Notes: generated from the letters alone by a model not told the origin. Shown: positions 45,336-53,670, counted from the stretch's first letter. The stretch: DNA of 64,000 nt from Planctomycetota bacterium (GCA_947444055.1 CANEYR010000014.1:1738-65737); one strand, 5' to 3'. Program-made: numbers and translations.

Positions 45336-45410
45336 ACGGCTGGCTGCAGCGATGCAACGCGGTGCTACCGCCCCTGCCTTTCCCACGGCTTTTGGCTACC
45401 GTTCCTGCGC

Positions 45411-45704
45411 ATGTCGCTCCTCAACCCCACACCGCGCGACTGCCTGCTCGACGCACAGGCTCGCCCCTACTTCTTGTGGGACGTGGACATGACCCTCGAA
45501 CGGTTCGAGCACTTGCTTCGCACCGCCGACCGCGAAACCCGCGCCTACCTCGTCGGCAAGCTGATGCGACAAGCGAAGCCCGACGATGTCTTCACGTTTG
45601 TGGGCGAGGCCGACATCCGCGATCTGTGGAGCGACGTGCAGCCCTACCTCGGCAAGACCCGGGACTTTTGGCAATGGCTCATGACTGCCCGGGAGCGGCC
45701 GTAG
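45411..45704 (+). CDS. Small protein (97 aa), putative partner/antitoxin of the downstream AbiEii-like nucleotidyltransferase
   Basis: PYFLWDVDMTLERFEHLL...RDFWQWLM resembles the FWDVD...FW type small proteins or domains I recall next to DUF1814 nucleotidyltransferases. Its stop codon is separated by 1 nt from the next gene's GTG. Confidence 0.55.
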   Translation: MSLLNPTPRDCLLDAQARPYFLWDVDMTLERFEHLLRTADRETRAYLVGKLMRQAKPDDVFTFVGEADIRDLWSDVQPYLGKTRDFWQWLMTARERP

Positions 45705-45705
45705 C

Positions 45706-46362
45706 GTGCTCGGACAACTGACCGCCCTTCAGGTTCGAGTGTTGGCGATTCTCGCCCCCATCCAACCTGCTTGGACTCTCACCGGCGGTGGCGCACTCGC
45801 AGGCTTCCATCTGCGGCATCGGCAGACGCGCGACCTCGATCTCTTTTGGCACGGCCTTCGGGTGTTCGCTCGTGAACCAGCGGATTGCGAACGCTTGCTC
45901 GCTGAGGCCGGCATGCGAGTCGACGTGTTGCAACGCGGCCCGTCCTTCGTCCGCATGCGCACCAGCCTCGACAACGAGGTTGTGGTCCTTGATCTGGTGG
46001 CCGAACCGGTGCCGCCGATCGAAGCTCCCCAGCTCGTGCTCGCGGAGCAAGCCACGATCCGCATCGACACCGAGCACGAGATCTTCGTCAACAAGCTGGG
46101 CACGCTGCTGCACCGGGCTGAGATCCGAGATCTCGTGGACCTCGAGTCCCTGCTGGCTCGTGGCGCTGACCTACAACGTGGAATGCGTGACGCAGCGACG
46201 AAGGACGGCGGTTTCTCGCCCTTGATGGTTGGCCATCTCCTCCATGGCTTTCCGCTCGCCAAACAAGCGGCCGCGGCGGGCTTGTCGATAGCCCAGACCA
46301 GCGCCCTCGACACATTCCGACGCGATCTCGCTGCGCGTATCGCAAGAATCTCACTCCCGTAG
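45706..46362 (+). CDS. Nucleotidyltransferase AbiEii/AbiGii toxin family (DUF1814-like) protein (218 aa)
   Basis: WTLTGGGALAGFHLRHRQTRDLDLFW is the GG.AL....R.T.DLD nucleotidyltransferase motif. Size is also typical of the family. Confidence 0.75.
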   Translation: MLGQLTALQVRVLAILAPIQPAWTLTGGGALAGFHLRHRQTRDLDLFWHGLRVFAREPADCERLLAEAGMRVDVLQRGPSFVRMRTSLDNEVVVLDLVAEPVPPIEAPQLVLAEQATIRIDTEHEIFVNKLGTLLHRAEIRDLVDLESLLARGADLQRGMRDAATKDGGFSPLMVGHLLHGFPLAKQAAAAGLSIAQTSALDTFRRDLAARIARISLP

Positions 46363-46388
46363 CTCGGCCACGGCGTGACGACGCGAGG

Positions 46389-46787
46389 CTAGGCATCACT
46401 CGCGCTGGCCGGCGGCAGCACGCGCGGACGCCGCGCCTCATCGAGGGCAACGAAGGTGAACAGCGCCTCGGTGACCCGTTCGACTTGTTCTTCGGCGCGA
46501 CTGCGCCGCCAGGCCTCGACGTGCACCTGCATCGACGTGCGGCCGACCTTGCGCACGGTCGCGTAGAGACTCACTTCATCACCAACGAACACCGGCCGCA
46601 GGAACGCCATCGCGTCGAGCGCCACGGTGGCGCAGCGACCGCGGGCGCGGCGCGTGGCCGCACTGCCCGCCGCGAGGTCCATCTGCGCCAACAACCAACC
46701 GCCGAAGATGTCGCCCGCGGGATTGGTATCGGCCGGCATCGCGATGGTGCGAATCAGCGGCTCGCATGGCGGCGGGGTGGTGCTCAT
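46389..46787 (-). CDS. Acyl-CoA thioesterase, hotdog fold (YciA-like, 132 aa)
   Basis: MPADTNPAGDIFGGWLLAQMDLAAG and FLRPVFVGDEVSLYA. Confidence 0.9.
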   Translation of the reverse strand: MSTTPPPCEPLIRTIAMPADTNPAGDIFGGWLLAQMDLAAGSAATRRARGRCATVALDAMAFLRPVFVGDEVSLYATVRKVGRTSMQVHVEAWRRSRAEEQVERVTEALFTFVALDEARRPRVLPPASASDA

Positions 46788-46865
46788 GCCGGGACGTTGC
46801 CGCGCCCTTGGCGGCGAAGCAACGTGCGAATGCGTGCGGTCGTCACGCGACCGCTGTCTCGCCTA

Positions 46866-47627
46866 TCAAACAGCGCCCCACGTGTTGCCGACGGTGTCGA
46901 CTTCGTTGGCGGCAAGTCGCCACACACCATCCTTGTGCAGGAACGCCGCCAAACCTGGGAACGGCCCGGCTTCACCGCTGTAGGTCACCGCGGACAGGTT
47001 GCTGGCGAGCACGTCGCCACTCTGCGAAATCATGAAGGCACGCTTGCCGCTGCTGCCATGCACGATCGGCCACGCGTAGCACAGCCATTCGGTCTCGGCC
47101 TTCACAGGATCAACCGGACAGCCCATACCGCCGCCGTCGTTCGCTTCGGCTACCCAGACGCCGTCAGGGCCACGCAGGAACATCTGGAACATGTAGCCGC
47201 CGCTCCGCACGCGGCTGTGCACGACCTTCGCGAAGCGCCGTGGGAGCAACGGCGGATCCACCTTTGCCCCGACGACACTGGGGTCTTTGGTTCGCACTGG
47301 CAAGCTGCCGCTCAGCTCGGCGAAGAACCCATACTCCCCCCCACCGTTGCCATTGACGTCGAGGAAGCCGCTCGCCTGCATCTGCGCCTGCGCGCTCGAG
47401 ATGTTCTTCAAGCTGGCAATCGCCGCCGACTCGTTGGCGTTCGACCGCGCGGCGCACAGCGTCGGGAACGCGAAGCTCGCACCGAGAATCAGCAACGCGC
47501 TGACGATGCCGACGAGGCGCCAGGCGCGGCGTAGCCGATGGCTCCCCGGCTTGGGCGTGGCCAACGGCGGCAACGAGAACGGCTGCGGAGAAGGAACAGG
47601 AGAAGGAGAATCAGTGGTCACGAGCAT
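46866..47627 (-). CDS. Membrane-anchored pilin-like protein lacking a canonical prepilin cleavage motif (~253 aa; start uncertain, ORF extends to 47669)
   Basis: The TM helix LVGIVSALLILGASFAF is followed by ARSNANESAAIASLKNISSAQAQ, typical of the helix following type IV pilin / pseudopilin N-termini. No G-FTLIE motif precedes it. Confidence 0.6.
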   Translation of the reverse strand: MLVTTDSPSPVPSPQPFSLPPLATPKPGSHRLRRAWRLVGIVSALLILGASFAFPTLCAARSNANESAAIASLKNISSAQAQMQASGFLDVNGNGGGEYGFFAELSGSLPVRTKDPSVVGAKVDPPLLPRRFAKVVHSRVRSGGYMFQMFLRGPDGVWVAEANDGGGMGCPVDPVKAETEWLCYAWPIVHGSSGKRAFMISQSGDVLASNLSAVTYSGEAGPFPGLAAFLHKDGVWRLAANEVDTVGNTWGAV

Positions 47628-48561
47628 GCTCCATTGCCAGAGAGGCGGTGCGGGGAAGCGCGTCAACATCGACGTCCCCCACCGCCCGCAACATCGTCAC
47701 GATCGCTGCCACCTGCGATGCCGCCAGGTGCTTGCCCAGCTCATGGCGCCCCATGAGACGCACCACGTCCGCCAACGTGGCCACCGAGCCGTCGTGAAGG
47801 TACGGCCCAGTGTGCGCCGCGAGCCGCAGACTCGGCGCCTTCCACACGTGGCGGTCGGTCGCCTTGCCGGTGACTTGCTCGCGACCGCGATCCGCCGACT
47901 CGTACGGCTCGATCAGCCCCAGTTTGTGCACGCTGCCGCCGCCGAGATTGCGCCCGCCATGGCAGATCGCACAACCCACTTCAATGAACGTCGCGACGCC
48001 GACGCGCTCGGCCGCGGTCAGCGCCTCGTCATCGCCATCCACGTAGCGGTCCCACCGCCCGCGCGATCGCCACGTCGCCAAATGCGCACTGATCGCTGCG
48101 GCGGCGAGATCCAGCGTCGGCGCCTGACCTGGGAACGCCGGCTCGAACAACCGCTGCAGATCAGGATGCGACTGCAGCACGGCCTGCAAGCTCGCGTCGT
48201 GCACGAGGCCGTGATGCGTGGCGAGCTCACGCTGAACCATCCCTGCGAGACTGGGCGCAAGTCCATCCCAACCAAACACCGACTGACGAGCCGCATCCAC
48301 CAGCGTCGGCGTGTTGCGCTGATGGACCAAACCATCCTGGCCATAGCTCGTGGGCGAATGGCATTCCCGGCACGACGCCGCGCCCAATCGATGCGCGAAG
48401 AGCGCGCCACCGAGCGCCGCCACTGCCACTGACGACGCCGGAGCAGGTCGACGACCGGCGTCGAGCGAGAACAGCGCCTCCACGTGCGCACGATCAGGGC
48501 CGGCCGGATGGCACGCCGCCATGGCTGCCAGAGCCACCAACCCACCAAAGAGCCACCGCAT
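47611..48561 (-). CDS. Di-haem cytochrome c peroxidase (CCP/MauG family, 316 aa)
   Basis: Two CxxCH motifs (CRECH, CAICH) plus NTPTL and PSLRLAAHTGPYLHDGS. Signal or lipoprotein-like N-terminus MRWLFGGLVALAAMAAC. Confidence 0.9.
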   Translation of the reverse strand: MRWLFGGLVALAAMAACHPAGPDRAHVEALFSLDAGRRPAPASSVAVAALGGALFAHRLGAASCRECHSPTSYGQDGLVHQRNTPTLVDAARQSVFGWDGLAPSLAGMVQRELATHHGLVHDASLQAVLQSHPDLQRLFEPAFPGQAPTLDLAAAAISAHLATWRSRGRWDRYVDGDDEALTAAERVGVATFIEVGCAICHGGRNLGGGSVHKLGLIEPYESADRGREQVTGKATDRHVWKAPSLRLAAHTGPYLHDGSVATLADVVRLMGRHELGKHLAASQVAAIVTMLRAVGDVDVDALPRTASLAMEHARDH

Positions 48562-48642
48562 GGCCGCCCCTTTCGGCTGCGTCCGACGATCGCACGAGTT
48601 GGCGTGTCGCGAAACGAGATCCAGCTCGCCTATCCTGCCGAC

Positions 48643-48978
48643 ATGAACGCCCACACCACGGCCATCGCCTTGTCTTGCCTGTCCGTGGTGGCGGCGCTGC
48701 GTGCCCAAAGTGAACCTCGACCGGCGCGCCCCAACGTCGTCTTCGTGCTGGCTGACGACCTCGGCTATCGCGAGCTCGGTTGCTTTGGCCAACAGCAGAT
48801 CAAGACGCCGAACCTTGATCGACTTGCCCAACAAGGCATGCGCTTGTCGCGCCACTATTCGGGCTCGCCAGTGTGCGCGCCGTCGCGCTGCGTGCTGATG
48901 ACCGGCAAGCACCCTGTCCACGTCGCGGTACGCGACAACAAGGATGCGATCGCTCACCGCGCTGACGCAAACTCGTGA
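48643..48978 (+). pseudogene. Sulfatase gene, N-terminal ~100 codons only
   Basis: Signal peptide, NVVFVLADDLG and the CAPSRCVLMTGKHP formylglycine motif. Homology ends at ~VRDNK (~48945) and a stop follows. The remaining ~350-400 codons expected for a sulfatase are not present downstream. Confidence 0.85.
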
Positions 48979-49022
48979 CAGACGACTTCGCAGCTTTTGG
49001 TCCCGCCAATTCCACCTTTGGC

Positions 49023-50012
49023 ATGGCGATCTTCTCACCGCACGACCAGCTCTTTCATTCCACTTTCAGCACCCCACGCCACGTCGCGTGTTGGCTGCAG
49101 CATGTCTTGCCACCCAAGGTGGTGGCAGCGATTGACTGGCGCTCGCTGGCTCCAGCCGGCGAACGGGGCGTGGCGATGGGGCTGCGCTCACATGTCGCCG
49201 ACTTGGTGTTCACGGCACGACTGGTCGGAAGCGACGAGTTGGTGCTGATCATCCTGGAACACAAAGCGTTCGTCGACCGCGGGCTACGTTCCCAAATGCT
49301 TCGCTACGTCGTGCATCTCCGACGGCTGGCCCACAAGCGTGGACAGCCCGAACCCATTGTCATCCCAGTGGTGCTGAGCCACGGCAACGCCCCGTTCGCG
49401 GCGGAGCAGGTGCCCAGCATTGGTCGCGAGGCTTTCGCTGCGCTGCAGCCGCGAATGGAGTTCATCGTCGACGACCTGTTTGGTCGCACCGAGGAGGAAC
49501 TGCGACGCACGGAGCTAACCGCGCTGGCGCAACTCACGCATCTCGCGCTGGCCTGCGTACGCCATTTCGACAGCCTCGGCGTGCTCGCTGCCATCGAACG
49601 CTGGGGCGATCTGCTGCGCGCCGTCGAACTCGACGCCGAGACACCAGCCGAGCAGGATGCCATCGATCAGTTCGGCTGGTATCTTCTGGAGACGACGGAC
49701 GTTTCTCCTGCGGACCTGCACATGGCCTTTTCCAAACAACTCAACCAACCAAGCAGTTCCATCATGACTACCGCCCAACGGCTGCGTCTCGAAGGCCATA
49801 CACAGGGTCTTACTCAGGGTCTTACTCAGGGTCTGACACAAGGGCTTACGCAGGGTCAGGCTCAAACGCTGCTGCGCCAACTGGCCAAACGCTTTGGCCC
49901 GCTGTCGGCCGAGACGACCCTGCGCATCACCTCGGCCACGCCGCCCGAGCTGGACCAATGGACGGACCGCGTCCTCGAAGCGAAGACGCTCGACGAAGTC
50001 TTCGCAGTCTGA
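49023..50012 (+). CDS. Rpn/YhgA-like PD-(D/E)xK recombination-promoting nuclease / putative transposase with DUF4351-like C-terminus (329 aa from ATG 49023; the ORF opens at 48975)
   Basis: N-terminal SPHDQLFHSTF, then ADLVFTARL...LVLIILEHKAF (D...E.K nuclease core). The C-terminal EG.TQG repeats plus LLRQLAKRFGPL...LDQWTDRVLEAKTLDEVF are typical of this family's tail. Confidence 0.85.
   Translation: MAIFSPHDQLFHSTFSTPRHVACWLQHVLPPKVVAAIDWRSLAPAGERGVAMGLRSHVADLVFTARLVGSDELVLIILEHKAFVDRGLRSQMLRYVVHLRRLAHKRGQPEPIVIPVVLSHGNAPFAAEQVPSIGREAFAALQPRMEFIVDDLFGRTEEELRRTELTALAQLTHLALACVRHFDSLGVLAAIERWGDLLRAVELDAETPAEQDAIDQFGWYLLETTDVSPADLHMAFSKQLNQPSSSIMTTAQRLRLEGHTQGLTQGLTQGLTQGLTQGQAQTLLRQLAKRFGPLSAETTLRITSATPPELDQWTDRVLEAKTLDEVFAV
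49803..49862 (+). repeat. In-frame 12-nt repeat (x4-5) encoding (GLTQ)n inside the Rpn-like gene
   Basis: The units are cagggtcttact, cagggtcttact, cagggtctgaca, caagggcttacg and cagggtcaggct, encoding QGLTQGLTQGLTQGLTQGQA. Confidence 0.9.
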
Positions 50013-50088
50013 CGCCCCAAGGGCGCCCATCGCGGACTTTGCTGCCACCGATTCGACGACCGCGGCATGGATAGCATGACCCGCGTCG

Positions 50089-52443
50089 ATGTCTGAGCAC
50101 CTCCACCACGAACTGCAGCGCCACGCCAGCGGCCTGCGCGATTTGGCGCAAGACCTTCTGCGCGACGCGCATGCCGCCGAAGACGTCACCCAGGCGACCT
50201 TGCAGCAGGCGCTCGCCCAACGCAATCTGCAGCCCGGCCCGCTCGGCGGCTGGCTGTATCGCACCGTGGTCAATTTTGCGCGGCAGTGGCGGCGAGGGGA
50301 ACGGCGGCGCACGGCGCGCGAGTTGTCGGTGCCTGTGCGTGAACCCGTTCCCGCCGTCGCTGAGCAACTTGCCCGGCGCGAGATGCTGCAGCGCGTCACC
50401 GACGCGGTGCTGCGCCTGGACGAGCCGTACCAGACCACCGTCTTCCTTCGTTACTTCGAAGACCTGCCGCCGCGGGTGATCGCGCACCGCACCGCGACCA
50501 ACGTCATCACCGTGAAGAGTCGCCTCGCGCGCGGTCTGGCGATGCTGCGCACACGCCTGCACCGCGGCGACGGCGAACGCGATCCTGGCTGGCGTGCAGC
50601 CCTTGCCATCACCTTTGGCCTACCAACGATCGGCGCCGCTTGGCCGATCCCCACCGGAACCTTGCTCGTGAGCACAACCACCAAGACCCTGTTCGTCGCT
50701 GGCACGCTTTGCCTCGGCGGCTTGCTCGCCTACCAGTTTGGCGACGACCCGACCCCCGTGAATGCCACCACGTCGGGCAGTGCGAACGCACAAGCCGCGG
50801 TCGCTGCGGCGGGAGCTCTCGACCAGCCGAACAGCGACACCGAGCGAGCGGCGGCCATCGCGTCGGCGGATGCCCTGCCGTGGCTCGCGCATCCGTTCAC
50901 CGTCGAACTCGAAGTGCTCGTCGTCGACGCACTCGGCCTGCCGGTCGAAGGGCACACCCTTCGTCTGGCCCCGTTCGCCTGCAAGCGCAACGACGCCGAG
51001 CATGCGACCGGCGCCGATGGTCGCGTGGTGATTTCGTGGGCGACGCGCCAACGCACGATGGACATCCAGCTCGTCGATCCGCGTGGGCAAGCGCGCCGCG
51101 TCACCTTGCACCACGGACAGCGCACCAAGCTCGCGCTGCTTGGCGATCGCAGCCGGACCAGCGAGTGGCTCCGTAGTTCGGTCAAGTTGCGTGAGACCCG
51201 ACTGTTCAGCAGTCCCATCTTCACCAACTCCAACAGCGGCAACAGCGTCCGCATGCACGCGGGGCTGCACCCTCATGCCGTCTTTGGCGACCTGCTGGCC
51301 AGAGTTCCCGCCGAGCCATCGCAGCAACTCGAAGGACCTGAGCTGTCGTTCAAACTCTCTCTAGGCACCCTCGACCTCGGCGACCGCGTGCTGGGGGTGT
51401 CCACCCTCATGCGGACAGAAGAACCCACCGCGACCATCGACGGCGTGGTGTTTGGCGTCGATGGCAAGCCCGCCGCCAAGGTACCGGTCGCCCTGCTGGG
51501 CTTGAGCCCGCAACCGCTGCAAAGAGGCGAAACGGATGACGAGGGACGGTTCCAATTCGCCAACGTGGTCGCGGGTGAATTCACCGTTCGCGCTGGCGGT
51601 GATCATCAGGGACTGACCACCGCCACCGCGATCGTCACCAAGGGTTCGACGCCCTGCACGCTCAACCTGCAACGTGGCGCCATCGTGCAAGGGCGCGCCA
51701 TCGATGGTGCCGGGAAGCCCCGAGCCGACCACATTGTCGAATGGCGGGCGCTCGATGGCTCCGCTTGCGACGCGACCAAGACCCACAGCGACGGCTCGTT
51801 CCTGTTCGCCAACATGCCGGCCAATCCGGGCTGTCTCTTCCTCTTCGCCAGCGAAGGCAACAAGAACATCCCGCTGGCCATCGCCGCCTCGGTACTGCCC
51901 GATACCAACGACGTCGTGCTGGCAGCGGACGGCACCCGCGGCAGCATCCTGCGCATCGAGCCGCCGCAGCCGGGCGGCGAGGTGGCCCCAGCGGTGCTGT
52001 TGTGGCACGCGGACACCGGCCTCGGTTTGACCATGCAGGCGCCGGAAGCAGGAACGGTTTGGGCCTCCCCCAAGCTGCCAGCCGCTTTCTACGACGTCGA
52101 ATTGCGCATTCCTGGCTTGGGCTCGAAAGCCATCGGGCGTCACTGGCTCGATGGCGAACACGACTTCGACCTCGGCCGCATCGAGGCCCCGCGCGGCGGC
52201 ACGGTCCGGATCACGATCGACAAGAGCAGCCTGCCGAGCACCGAACAACAAGCGATCGAGATCACCGCCTTGCGACCCGACCTCGATGTGCGGGCGGAGC
52301 CGTCGCCACTGGCGCTCGACCGTCCCATCCAACTGCCCGTTGGCAACTACGCGCTCGCATTCCGGCACGCCGATGGCGGCGTTCGCTTCCATCGCTTCAC
52401 CGTCGCCGCCGACCAAGAAACCCGCGTCGCGCCCGGTCCGTAG
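50089..52443 (+). CDS. ECF sigma factor domain fused to a TM helix and a ~540-aa extracytoplasmic region with CarboxypepD_reg-like repeats (784 aa)
   Basis: Sigma region 2 (AEDVTQATLQQAL...YRTVVNFARQW) and region 4 (PYQTTVFLRYFEDLPPRVIAHRTATNVITVKSRLARGLAMLR). TM segment TKTLFVAGTLCLGGLLAYQF. Later come GVVFGVDGKPAAKVPVALL...TDDEGRFQFANV and GRAIDGAGKP...HSDGSFLFANM. Confidence 0.85.
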   Translation: MSEHLHHELQRHASGLRDLAQDLLRDAHAAEDVTQATLQQALAQRNLQPGPLGGWLYRTVVNFARQWRRGERRRTARELSVPVREPVPAVAEQLARREMLQRVTDAVLRLDEPYQTTVFLRYFEDLPPRVIAHRTATNVITVKSRLARGLAMLRTRLHRGDGERDPGWRAALAITFGLPTIGAAWPIPTGTLLVSTTTKTLFVAGTLCLGGLLAYQFGDDPTPVNATTSGSANAQAAVAAAGALDQPNSDTERAAAIASADALPWLAHPFTVELEVLVVDALGLPVEGHTLRLAPFACKRNDAEHATGADGRVVISWATRQRTMDIQLVDPRGQARRVTLHHGQRTKLALLGDRSRTSEWLRSSVKLRETRLFSSPIFTNSNSGNSVRMHAGLHPHAVFGDLLARVPAEPSQQLEGPELSFKLSLGTLDLGDRVLGVSTLMRTEEPTATIDGVVFGVDGKPAAKVPVALLGLSPQPLQRGETDDEGRFQFANVVAGEFTVRAGGDHQGLTTATAIVTKGSTPCTLNLQRGAIVQGRAIDGAGKPRADHIVEWRALDGSACDATKTHSDGSFLFANMPANPGCLFLFASEGNKNIPLAIAASVLPDTNDVVLAADGTRGSILRIEPPQPGGEVAPAVLLWHADTGLGLTMQAPEAGTVWASPKLPAAFYDVELRIPGLGSKAIGRHWLDGEHDFDLGRIEAPRGGTVRITIDKSSLPSTEQQAIEITALRPDLDVRAEPSPLALDRPIQLPVGNYALAFRHADGGVRFHRFTVAADQETRVAPGP

Positions 52444-52477
52444 CGCCCTCGCCCTGCGATGGCGTAGCATCGCGCCG

Positions 52478-52858
52478 ATGCCGCGCAAGACAACAACCGC
52501 CAAGAACGTGCTCGGCACGTCACTGGTGCCGTGCAGCACCGAGCCAATGACTGGCTACTTCCGCGATGGCTGCTGCAACACGTCCGCTGACGACCAGGGC
52601 GCGCACACCGTGTGCGTGGAGACCACGGAGCAGTTCCTGGCGTTCTCGAAGGACTCAGGCAACGACCTGTCGACGCCGCACCCGCAGTTCGGGTTTCCTG
52701 GCTTGCAGCCTGGCGATCGCTGGTGCCTGTGCGCGGCGCGCTGGGTCGAGGCGATGGAAGCAGGCAAAGCGCCGCGGGTGGTCTTGGAGTCGACGCATGC
52801 GCGCACCCTTGAGTTCGTGCCGCTGGCGATGCTGCAGCGTTACGCGATCCCGGGCTGA
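52478..52858 (+). CDS. DUF2237-family protein (126 aa)
   Basis: GYFRDGCCNT...GAHTVC...PGDRWCLCAARW is the characteristic Cys pattern of DUF2237. Confidence 0.8.
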   Translation: MPRKTTTAKNVLGTSLVPCSTEPMTGYFRDGCCNTSADDQGAHTVCVETTEQFLAFSKDSGNDLSTPHPQFGFPGLQPGDRWCLCAARWVEAMEAGKAPRVVLESTHARTLEFVPLAMLQRYAIPG

Positions 52859-52887
52859 CGCCCTCGATGGGCCAATTGGCGCACCAG

Positions 52888-53670
52888 TCAGTGCACCAGT
52901 TCGCACGCCTCGTACACCGGCCCTTCCATGCACGTGCGTGAGAACGGCCAGCCCTTGAAGCGCTCGCCCTGCACCTTCACCGTGCAACCGTTGCAGACGC
53001 CGTAGCCGCAGGCCATGTAGGTCTCGAGACTCAAGAAGCAGCGCAGCCCGCGCTGTTCACACAGCGTCGCGACGGCGTGCATCATGGGGTCGGGCCCACA
53101 GCAGAAGACGACCTCGCCGGCGCGCACGCGGCCGTCGGCGATCATGCTGTCGAGCAGTTCGGTGACTTTGCCGTGAAAGCCATAGCTGCCGTCATCGGTT
53201 GAGGCCGCCAGCCGCACGAGCCCCGCGAAGTCTTCGATGCCCGACAGCATCGCCTTGGTGCGGCCGCCAAACAGCAAGCGCAGCTCGCGCCCGCTCGCCT
53301 TGGCATTCCTCGCCAACAACAAGAACGGCGCCAGGCCAACGCCACCCGCCACGCAGATCGCATCCGCGAACTCAGCGGCGAACGGCTGCCCGAGCGGCCC
53401 GTTCAACACGATGCCTTCGCCGGGCCGGGCAGCGCAGAGCGCGCGCGTGCCTTCGCCGACGGGCTTCACCAAGAAACTGCCCCAGGCGCCGTCGGGCGCG
53501 CGGTCGTAGAGCGAGAACGGCCGCGGCAATTGCACCGGCCAGCGCTGCTCGGTTCGCAACATGTAGAACTGGCCGGGCAAGGTCGGCGGCATCGGGCCGT
53601 CGACTTCGATCGCAAACGAACCGCCGCCAAGATCTCGGCAACGACGCAGGGTGTGGACTCGGCTCAACAT
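52888..53670 (-). CDS. PyrK-like FAD/NAD(P)-binding oxidoreductase with a C-terminal 2Fe-2S Cys cluster (260 aa)
   Basis: PGQFYMLR, RPFSL, ICVAGGVGLAPF and CGPDPMM, plus C-terminal MACGYGVCNGC...C. This resembles the dihydroorotate dehydrogenase electron-transfer subunit. No pyrD is adjacent. Confidence 0.8.
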   Translation of the reverse strand: MLSRVHTLRRCRDLGGGSFAIEVDGPMPPTLPGQFYMLRTEQRWPVQLPRPFSLYDRAPDGAWGSFLVKPVGEGTRALCAARPGEGIVLNGPLGQPFAAEFADAICVAGGVGLAPFLLLARNAKASGRELRLLFGGRTKAMLSGIEDFAGLVRLAASTDDGSYGFHGKVTELLDSMIADGRVRAGEVVFCCGPDPMMHAVATLCEQRGLRCFLSLETYMACGYGVCNGCTVKVQGERFKGWPFSRTCMEGPVYEACELVH

